Of a stretch of DNA of 64,000 nucleotides, positions 18,185 through 24,137 are shown in pieces. The first letter of the stretch is position 1; every line of letters begins with the position of its first letter. Position numbers and translations under genes: made by a program. Source of the stretch: a virus (Duplodnaviria > Caudoviricetes); IMG/VR virus record IMGVR_UViG_3300022917_000008, positions 64,001 to 128,000 of that record, one strand, 5' to 3'. The notes under the pieces are model-generated. The model had not been told where the DNA came from. It worked only from the letters and a program-made list of their open reading frames with translations, and ran no database searches.

Positions 18185-18912
18185 CATACATACAGAACAA
18201 GGACGGACTTATAGGAGACTTCCTGGGATCAGTACCTGCAATGCAGGAGCTAGGTAGAAGGGACAAGCTAGTGGTACAGATTCATCCAGAGGCATTGAAG
18301 TTAGTACCTCTTATATACAACCCAGATGGGATTGTATTTACTGAGATAGCAACTGGGCAAGTGTCACATACAATCTACTCAGCTACTGCATTCCAGATTG
18401 CAACAGCAAAGAATCTGTACATGTCACAAGCATTCTTTGAGCAGGTGGGATTGGAGATTCCCCTAGTTGCTCCTAAAGCTGATTTAAGGCTCATAGAGGT
18501 CCATACTCCAACTTATGACTACATCATATCACCTTTTGCTAGAAGCCTACCAAGCAGCCAGAAATTGCCTAAGAGTGAATGGAAGCAGTTGGTGGATAGC
18601 ATGCCTAACAAGAAGTTCTGTGTAATTGGTACAACAGTGCATGATGATCCTGAGTTCATAGTAGGACCTAATGTGGAGACTAGATTTGATATGGACTTCA
18701 ACTATGTAGGTAGCCTGCTAAGGAATGCAACTAAGGGACTCATCAGTGTTGTGACAGGCACTTCTCATTTAGCATTTCACCTAGGAGTGAAGAACTGGAT
18801 ACTTAATAATCAGGACTTTGCATGGGGTACTAATCCAGATGGAGTATCAATCAGGGATCATATTCCAGCTCTATTTGGAGAAAAGATTAGAGAATATTTG
18901 GAAAATAGCTAG
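18181..18912 (+). CDS. glycosyltransferase family 9-like protein (GT-B fold)
   Basis: GLIGDFLGSVPAM...ISVVTGTSHLAFHLG; start reassigned to ATG 18181 (ATGA overlap). Confidence 0.75.
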   Translation: MTYIQNKDGLIGDFLGSVPAMQELGRRDKLVVQIHPEALKLVPLIYNPDGIVFTEIATGQVSHTIYSATAFQIATAKNLYMSQAFFEQVGLEIPLVAPKADLRLIEVHTPTYDYIISPFARSLPSSQKLPKSEWKQLVDSMPNKKFCVIGTTVHDDPEFIVGPNVETRFDMDFNYVGSLLRNATKGLISVVTGTSHLAFHLGVKNWILNNQDFAWGTNPDGVSIRDHIPALFGEKIREYLENS

Positions 18913-18928
18913 GACTGCACTATATTTG
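18897..18928 (+). promoter_or_regulatory. Bacteroidetes promoter
   Basis: TTTG-N20-TATATTTG upstream of the tRNA-like RNAs and suppressor. Confidence 0.8.
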
Positions 18929-18936
18929 TATTACAT

Positions 18937-19008
18937 GCGGGGGATACTTAGAGAGCCCTGTTCTCTTATAACCCTTTAATACAGCCATAAAAGCTGTCCC
19001 CCGTTCCA
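18937..19008 (+). ncRNA. tRNA-like RNA A (acceptor stem, T-like arm, CCA)
   Basis: GCGGGGG/CCCCCGT-T-CCA; ACAGC-N7-GCTGT; no canonical anticodon arm. Confidence 0.6.
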
Positions 19009-19009
19009 T

Positions 19010-19059
19010 GGAGAGGTGCTTCTAAGCTTTAGGTTGGTGTGATCCCAACTCTCTCTGCA
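19010..19059 (+). ncRNA. mini tRNA-like RNA B
   Basis: GGAGAG/CTCTCT acceptor stacked on GTTGG-TGTGATC-CCAAC. Confidence 0.5.
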
Positions 19060-19062
19060 AAT

Positions 19063-19115
19063 GGGTAGAAATAGCATAGAGCTGTCAGTTGGGTGTAAGC
19101 CCCACCTACCCACCA
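19063..19115 (+). ncRNA. mini tRNA-like RNA C
   Basis: GGGTAG/CTACCC-ACCA; TGGG-TGTAAGC-CCCA T-like arm. Confidence 0.6.
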
Positions 19116-19116
19116 T

Positions 19117-19189
19117 GCCTTCCTAGCTCAATTGATAGAGCGTCCATCTCTAAAATGGAAAGATGTGGGTTTGAGTCCCACGGATCGCA
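19117..19189 (+). tRNA. amber suppressor tRNA (anticodon CTA)
   Basis: TCCAT-CT-CTA-AA-ATGGA; canonical D-arm; two acceptor-stem mismatches. Confidence 0.85.
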
Positions 19190-19204
19190 CTTAAACTAAA
19201 CACA

Positions 19205-19567
19205 ATGGCTTAGATTACATCAACATCCAGATTGATAACTATAGTAAGGAGAGACCTTAGTCATGGTTATCAGACAGCACAGACAGGTCATGCAATAGCA
19301 GAATGGGCTTATAACAATCCCAGGACCTTTAGAAGGTGGAGAAAAGAAAGTGGGTACTTAATATGTCTTTCAGTAAGAAACCTAGCAGAGCTAGAGGCAT
19401 TCAACAGAAAGTTATATGACAACAAGATAAAGTACACAGCATTTTATGAACCTGACATTGGAGAGTTTACAGCAATAGCAATAACTCCTTCAACTAAGGC
19501 AGACCAGTTAACTAAGCATCTACAGCTAGCCAATGTAAAGGCTGGCACTAAGGACAAACACAAATGA
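19205..19567 (+). CDS. peptidyl-tRNA hydrolase 2-like protein with an in-frame TAG at codon 3
   Basis: IVRRDLS.G.QTAQTGHA...LICLSV...FYEPDIG..TAIA Pth2 motifs; ATG GCT TAG ATT... is in frame with the ORF called from TTG 19232. Confidence 0.8.
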
Positions 19568-19635
19568 AGCAATTATCCTCATATTATCTCCTAAGTTCCC
19601 TGTTGAATAGACAGGCTGAGATAGTATTGAGTTAA
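19564..19635 (+). CDS. attenuator leader peptide 2 (MKQLSSYYLLSSLLNRQAEIVLS)
   Basis: Codons 4-14 are all Leu/Ser/Tyr; ATGA overlap with the Pth2-like stop; contains the antiterminator strand. Confidence 0.82.
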   Translation: MKQLSSYYLLSSLLNRQAEIVLS

Positions 19636-19660
19636 GTCATTCTTCGGAGACCCTTATACT

Positions 19661-19696
19661 AGCCCTCAGCCTAAAAACTGGGGGCTTTTTGTTTTT
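19661..19696 (+). terminator. intrinsic terminator (attenuator 2)
   Basis: AGCCCTCAG/CTGGGGGCT followed by TTTTGTTTTT. Confidence 0.85.
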
Positions 19697-19698
19697 AT

Positions 19699-19774
19699 GG
19701 CAGTGTGGGCAAAATGGTAAAGTCGCTTCACTTAGGATGAAGAGGTTCTGAGAGTTCGAGTCTCTCCACTGTCA
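19699..19774 (+). tRNA. tRNA-Leu(TAG), short variable arm
   Basis: CTTCA-CTTAGGA-TGAAG. Confidence 0.85.
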
Positions 19775-19777
19775 CAT

Positions 19778-19857
19778 ACCTCCATGGTGAAATTGGTAGA
19801 CGCGACAGACTTAAAATCTGTTCCTTCGGGGTGCCAGTTCAAATCTGGCTGGGGGTA
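19778..19857 (+). tRNA. tRNA-Leu(TAA)
   Basis: ACAGA-CTTAAAA-TCTGT; Leu-type D-arm. Confidence 0.92.
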
Positions 19858-19859
19858 CT

Positions 19860-20258
19860 ATGGATAATAAAACCTACTATAGCTCCATAGCGGAGCTAAA
19901 AGTAATGGCTGATCTAACAGCTAAGCACTATCATATATTCAATCAAGTATCTGGTAAGGCACCATTTGACTTGGTTGCATACAGGGATGGAGAGCTAAGG
20001 AGAGTCAGTGTCAAGAGTTGCAACAAAGACCCTAGGAAGGACGGGGGATTTGTGATAGAAGTTGGCAGGGTAAGAGCCAATAAAACAGAGAATAAGATAT
20101 ACAAGTTTGATCAGTCTGAATGTGATCTGCTGGCCATCTACATAGTCAAAGAAGATAGAATAGTCTATGTGGAGTCAACAGTAGCGCATGATAAAAGGCA
20201 GATCATCATACAAGGAAGGTCCCAGTTGACAGAGGTACATGATCTTGAAAATCACTAG
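19860..20258 (+). CDS. PD-(D/E)XK endonuclease (group I intron-associated type)
   Basis: AELKV...PFDLV...RVSVKS...CDLLAIY. Confidence 0.8.
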   Translation: MDNKTYYSSIAELKVMADLTAKHYHIFNQVSGKAPFDLVAYRDGELRRVSVKSCNKDPRKDGGFVIEVGRVRANKTENKIYKFDQSECDLLAIYIVKEDRIVYVESTVAHDKRQIIIQGRSQLTEVHDLENH

Positions 20259-20299
20259 GTCCCTAAAAAGACGTGGGGGTTGAACTCCCCCACCTTCCT
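20214..20299 (+). tRNA. tRNA-Ser(TGA), divergent
   Basis: GGAAGGT/ACCTTCC acceptor; TGAT-CTTGAAA-ATCA; long variable arm. Confidence 0.75.
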
Positions 20300-20307
20300 C
20301 AAACTAA

Positions 20308-20392
20308 GGAGAGTTGGCTGAGAGGCTTAAAGCACCACATTGCTAACGTGGGGGCTGTAATAGGTCCACTAGTTCGAATCTAGTACTCTCCT
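20308..20392 (+). tRNA. tRNA-Ser(GCT)
   Basis: GGAGAGT/ACTCTCC; loop TTGCTAA; long variable arm. Confidence 0.9.
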
Positions 20393-20398
20393 CTTAAT

Positions 20399-20482
20399 GC
20401 CTACCATGGTAGATTGGATACTACCTGTGGACTGTAAATCCACTGCCCTTGGGCTTATTCAGTTCGATTCTGAAGGGAGGCA
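20399..20482 (+). tRNA. tRNA-Tyr(GTA)
   Basis: GTGGA-CTGTAAA-TCCAC; long variable arm. Confidence 0.82.
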
Positions 20483-20504
20483 CATTTTGTTGTATATTTG
20501 TATA

Positions 20505-20765
20505 ATGGAATACAACATCACACCTCAGGCCCTAGTTGATAGGGGATTCAAGTACCATGCACCAGGCATAAGTGGAGCAGACATGTGGCAGGGAATGCCA
20601 TGGTGGATTCATAAGGAGAAGGATATAGGTCTATGCCTTAGAGGGACTACTTCTACAGCAAAGCCTAGAGGACTAAGGTTAGCTGGACATTTCAATACAG
20701 AGGTGAGAACAATAAAGCAGTTAGAAGTTTTGATGGAAATATTTGGTTTGAATCCAAATAGTTAG
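20505..20765 (+). CDS. hypothetical protein (probably leaderless)
   Basis: ATG 20505 just after TATATTTG; the N-terminus in the ORF track overlaps tRNA-Tyr. Confidence 0.65.
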   Translation: MEYNITPQALVDRGFKYHAPGISGADMWQGMPWWIHKEKDIGLCLRGTTSTAKPRGLRLAGHFNTEVRTIKQLEVLMEIFGLNPNS

Positions 20766-20773
20766 TATATTTG
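20742..20773 (+). promoter_or_regulatory. Bacteroidetes promoter of tRNA operon 3
   Basis: TTTG-N20-TATATTTG; same spacing to the leader ATG as in operon 1. Confidence 0.8.
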
Positions 20774-20776
20774 ATT

Positions 20777-20848
20777 ATGAAACAGACTTGGCAACATACC
20801 TTTACGACACAAACTCCACTAAAAGGAGAAGGGTATCTGTTGTCATAA
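20777..20848 (+). CDS. attenuator leader peptide 3 (MKQTWQHTFTTQTPLKGEGYLLS)
   Basis: Codons 3-14 are all Gln/Thr/Trp/His/Phe/Pro; contains the antiterminator strand. Confidence 0.85.
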   Translation: MKQTWQHTFTTQTPLKGEGYLLS

Positions 20849-20883
20849 CATTCCAAGAAAGATTGTAATAATGAAACACTGAT

Positions 20884-20912
20884 ACCCTCCATTCCTGGAG
20901 GGTTTTTTATTT
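20884..20912 (+). terminator. intrinsic terminator (attenuator 3)
   Basis: ACCCTCCA-TTCC-TGGAGGGT followed by TTTTTATTTT. Confidence 0.88.
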
Positions 20913-20984
20913 TGGGTGGTTGACCAATGGTAGGTCCCTACATTTGGGATGTAGAATTTGCAGGTTCGAGTCCTGTTCACCCAA
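20913..20984 (+). tRNA. tRNA-Pro(TGG)
   Basis: CTACA-TTTGGGA-TGTAG. Confidence 0.85.
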
Positions 20985-20988
20985 CTAT

Positions 20989-21061
20989 GGTGCACAAGCT
21001 AATCTGGTGAAAGCACTAGACTGAAAATCTAGGGAGCTTGGATCAAAACCAAGGTGTACCG
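20989..21061 (+). tRNA. tRNA-Phe(GAA)
   Basis: CTAGA-CTGAAAA-TCTAG. Confidence 0.85.
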
Positions 21062-21062
21062 C

Positions 21063-21494
21063 ATGAAACAATCAAATAGAAAGGATGCTAGAAGGGTCAT
21101 AGACTGTGAAAACTGTGGTAACCCAACAAAGAATGATAGATTCTGTAGTCTATCTTGCTCAGCAGAACATGTATCAAAGGAGCAGTATAGAAAGTTCTTG
21201 AGCAGCCCTGAGGACTTCCAGGGTGAGGAGTACTCTCCTAAGTCCTTTAAGAAGTTTATACTGAAGGAACAGGATTGCAAGTGTAGCATCTGTAGTATAG
21301 ACAATATATGGAATGGTAAGGAACTGGTGTTTGTACTAGATCACATAGATGGAAATCCAGGCAACAATACTAGGGACAACCTTAGGCTAGTATGTCCCAA
21401 TTGTGATAGCCAGTTGGACACATTTAAAAGTGGAAATAAGGGAAGTGGTAGGTACTACAGAACACAAAGAAGATTAGAGGGCAAATCCTCATAA
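21063..21494 (+). CDS. HNH endonuclease
   Basis: CSIC...LDHIDGNPGNNTRDNLRLVCPNCDSQ; N-terminal Zn finger. Confidence 0.9.
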   Translation: MKQSNRKDARRVIDCENCGNPTKNDRFCSLSCSAEHVSKEQYRKFLSSPEDFQGEEYSPKSFKKFILKEQDCKCSICSIDNIWNGKELVFVLDHIDGNPGNNTRDNLRLVCPNCDSQLDTFKSGNKGSGRYYRTQRRLEGKSS

Positions 21495-21567
21495 GGCCGG
21501 TTAGTTTATATGACTAAAATACGTCTCTTGTAAAGATGAGTACTGAGTTTGATGCTCAGACTGGCCT
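21495..21567 (+). tRNA. tRNA-Thr(TGT)
   Basis: CGTCT-CTTGTAA-AGATG. Confidence 0.8.
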
Positions 21568-21573
21568 CTTAAT

Positions 21574-21644
21574 AGCCCTTTAGCACATTGGTAGTGCGTG
21601 GAGCTTTGGACTCCATGAAGTTAGTTCGATCCTAGCAGGGGCTT
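21574..21644 (+). tRNA. tRNA-Gln(TTG)
   Basis: TGGAG-CTTTGGA-CTCCA. Confidence 0.87.
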
Positions 21645-21651
21645 CTTATAT

Positions 21652-21724
21652 GGTGCTTGTAGCATAAAGGTAATGCACTGCTCTGTGAAAGCAGTGAAGA
21701 GGGATCAATACCCTCCTTGTACCC
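21652..21724 (+). tRNA. tRNA-His(GTG)
   Basis: CTGCT-CTGTGAA-AGCAG; G-1 present. Confidence 0.8.
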
Positions 21725-21729
21725 CAAAC

Positions 21730-21798
21730 ACGTGCTAGGCTATGGTAGCCACCCAGTCTCCAAAACTGAAGGAAGTAGTTCGATTCTACTAGTGCGTG
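21730..21798 (+). tRNA. tRNA-Trp(CCA)
   Basis: CAGT-CTCCAAA-ACTG; AGTAG-TTCGATT-CTACT. Confidence 0.8.
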
Positions 21799-21849
21799 CA
21801 ATAGAATAGTTTGATAAGCAAACCTATAAAGTTTGCATGTCAAACTATT

Positions 21850-21881
21850 TTTGTTTATATGAACTAAGACCCATATATTTG
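21850..21881 (+). promoter_or_regulatory. Bacteroidetes promoter
   Basis: TTTG-N20-TATATTTG. Confidence 0.7.
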
Positions 21882-21898
21882 TATTGAAGACCAACAAT

Positions 21899-22246
21899 AT
21901 GAGTGTAGACTTAATCAAGGACAAGATAACAGTAAGTGATAAGACTGAGGCACTCAGGCTGCACCTACTTATTAAGTCCTTCCAGACAGGTCTAAACCTC
22001 TCAGAGTCAGACATTAACAGTCTGGTTGAGCTTAGCATAGTAGGGTATAACCCAGAGTTCTTCAAGGCTTGTGTAGACAAGGGCTATTACAAGAGTGAGC
22101 AGACTGTAAGGAATGCCATAGCCAAGATGACTAACATGGGGATACTGTACTACAGGAAGAGAGGGGAAAGGAAGATCAATGAGGACTTCCTACCTAAAAC
22201 AAGTTCAGACAAGGTAATGTTTCAATACTTAGTGGGTAACATATGA
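21899..22246 (+). CDS. putative winged-HTH DNA-binding protein
   Basis: SEQTVRNAIAKMTNMGIL HTH-like segment. Confidence 0.55.
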   Translation: MSVDLIKDKITVSDKTEALRLHLLIKSFQTGLNLSESDINSLVELSIVGYNPEFFKACVDKGYYKSEQTVRNAIAKMTNMGILYYRKRGERKINEDFLPKTSSDKVMFQYLVGNI

Positions 22247-22581
22247 TAGTAAGGGCATCTGAAATATATACTGTAACAGCACTAAGGCATGGATTGGACC
22301 AAGAACTTGTTTCCTCAGTTGGTGAGACAGTGTTCAAGTCCTTGATGGAAAAGATGGTAGTACCTCATGACCTAGCTTATGAGTTGGATCATGTGGGGAC
22401 ATTTGCTATTAGACACAAGAAGTTCTTGGGTAAGCATGCAACCCTTTTGAGTAATAACCCTGACCATCCCTTTGTGTCAACATGGAGGCATGTTATAGAC
22501 ATGGTACAGGACTTCAGAAACACTAAGGCACAATTTCAATCTAGGAGGGCAGAATATGACAGAGCCAAAAAACAAGGCTAA
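22243..22581 (+). CDS. HU/IHF-like protein (putative)
   Basis: ELDHVGTFAIR resembles the HU beta-arm motif. Confidence 0.45.
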   Translation: MIVRASEIYTVTALRHGLDQELVSSVGETVFKSLMEKMVVPHDLAYELDHVGTFAIRHKKFLGKHATLLSNNPDHPFVSTWRHVIDMVQDFRNTKAQFQSRRAEYDRAKKQG

Positions 22582-22873
22582 GATCAGCCTTAAGAATATA
22601 GGTAGGTTCTTGCAGGGATACTCCAGGATGTTCTCAGAGACCTTTGGCTTGCTTGAAAAGCACAAACAGGAGCAAGTTATATGGAGATCAGAACAGGCCA
22701 AGGAATGCCTTAAAAATGGCTCCTGCTTGTATTGTGGATGTGACACCCCAGCTAAATTTTATGGAGATGAAGCATGTGAGGACCCTCAAAGGCAATGTTA
22801 CCCTAGTATGATGGATGTACCAACTTGGGAACAGTATAAGGCAGAACATCAAATAACCATTAAAGTAGACTAA
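22556..22873 (+). CDS. Cys-rich hypothetical protein
   Basis: CLKNGSCLYCGC...C...CYP. Confidence 0.7.
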   Translation: MTEPKNKAKISLKNIGRFLQGYSRMFSETFGLLEKHKQEQVIWRSEQAKECLKNGSCLYCGCDTPAKFYGDEACEDPQRQCYPSMMDVPTWEQYKAEHQITIKVD

Positions 22874-23181
22874 TGGGACAAGAAGTAACAATAAGCCCTA
22901 GTAGGATGGACTTGGGCAAGATAGATAACAAACCCAGAAAGTTCTGGTTTGAAGTCAGGAATAACCACCATGCAACTCTTGACTTAGCAGCTTGGGCCTC
23001 TTGTGGCTGTACTACACCAATAGTAGTCCCTAGTAGGGTTGAACCTGGGCAGACAGCACAACTGAGGGTAGAATTTGATCCCACTGGTAAAAGTGGCCTC
23101 CAGGAGAAGGGAGTGGGAGTAACTTATGTTATAGAGGGCCATCAGAAGAACACAGGAGCAACCTTTGTTGCAAACATCTAA
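22873..23181 (+). CDS. DUF1573-like Ig-fold protein
   Basis: ASCGCTTP...VEPGQTAQLRVEFD. Confidence 0.75.
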   Translation: MGQEVTISPSRMDLGKIDNKPRKFWFEVRNNHHATLDLAAWASCGCTTPIVVPSRVEPGQTAQLRVEFDPTGKSGLQEKGVGVTYVIEGHQKNTGATFVANI

Positions 23182-23192
23182 AACAAAATACT

Positions 23193-23492
23193 ATGAGTTT
23201 CCACAATCACACACATGAAGAGGGTCATCTATGTGATGACTGCAAGGCAGAATTGAAAGAGGACATTCACCTTATGATCACTATCCTACACTCTCCAGCA
23301 GGGGAATCTACTAGGGACTTGGCTGATAGCCTACTATACAGCTTCCTTATGGAGCTATATGGGGTATGTGACTGTGAGGACCCTGATGAGGATGATGATG
23401 AACAGTCAGATAATGATAGCCCTGTACAAGGTCCTATAATTGGGAACTTGAGGGAGTTCCTCACAGCTATGGGTACACAGCACCACACCTAA
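23193..23492 (+). CDS. acidic His/Cys-rich hypothetical protein
   Basis: 99-aa ORF. Confidence 0.6.
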   Translation: MSFHNHTHEEGHLCDDCKAELKEDIHLMITILHSPAGESTRDLADSLLYSFLMELYGVCDCEDPDEDDDEQSDNDSPVQGPIIGNLREFLTAMGTQHHT

Positions 23493-23522
23493 TTATCATG
23501 TTGGGGGCCAGTCTAGTCAGGA

Positions 23523-23984
23523 ATGGAAAAGTATTGTCCTAAATGCAAGCAGAAGAAAGACACATCCTTCTTCAGACCTAACAAATCTAGGAAGGATGGT
23601 CTTCAACCTTGCTGCATAGATTGTGATAAGGAATATCAAAGGCAATGGTACCAGAGCAACAAGGAAAAGGTAAAAGCTAAGTCCTTAGTAAGCAATAAGG
23701 TAAATAGAGAAAGAGTACAAGAGATTCTACTAAGGGAACTAGAAGGTAAGAAATGTGAACACTGTGGGGAAGGTGATATACTAGTACTAGAGTTTGACCA
23801 CCTAAGAGACAAGCAGTTCACCATAGGCAATACACAGTGGGAGAGCGAAGACAAAATAATAGAGGAGGTAGGAAAGTGCCAAGTACTATGTGCCAACTGC
23901 CATAGAAGGAAAACTCATGAAGATATGAACACATACAAATGGAGGTATAGCCAAGGGGTAAGGCAGGAGTCTGCAAAACTCTGA
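23523..23984 (+). CDS. HNH endonuclease
   Basis: CPKC...CIDC; CEHCG...LEFDHL...CQVLCANCH; stop lies inside tRNA-Cys. Confidence 0.88.
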   Translation: MEKYCPKCKQKKDTSFFRPNKSRKDGLQPCCIDCDKEYQRQWYQSNKEKVKAKSLVSNKVNRERVQEILLRELEGKKCEHCGEGDILVLEFDHLRDKQFTIGNTQWESEDKIIEEVGKCQVLCANCHRRKTHEDMNTYKWRYSQGVRQESAKL

Positions 23985-24014
23985 GCGAAGGTTCAATTCC
24001 TTCTACCTCTTCCA
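23941..24014 (+). tRNA. tRNA-Cys(GCA)
   Basis: GGAGT-CTGCAAA-ACTCT; encoded CCA. Confidence 0.88.
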
Positions 24015-24047
24015 GAAATCCAACAAACCTTAAATAAACCAACACTA

Positions 24048-24120
24048 GCATCAGTAGTATAAAGGCTGATTATACTGCACTTCCAATGCAGGGATGAGGT
24101 TTCGATTACCTCCTGGTGCT
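24048..24120 (+). tRNA. tRNA-Gly(TCC)
   Basis: CTGCA-CTTCCAA-TGCAG. Confidence 0.85.
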
Positions 24121-24137
24121 CAAAAAGAAACCAACTA

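Noticed and set aside
20397-20504. N-terminal extensions of ORFs 20397, 14437 and 21054
   Set aside because: They overlap tRNA genes; downstream ATGs (20505, 14536, 21063) are better starts.
21646-22080. Antisense ORFs in the track (e.g. 21646-22080, 44110-44640, 53186-53833, 60559-60987)
   Set aside because: They are shadows of tRNAs or of long genes on the opposite strand and have no recognisable motifs.
23193-24120. A fourth attenuator for the Cys/Gly tRNAs
   Set aside because: No short Cys/Gly-rich leader with a terminator is visible upstream.
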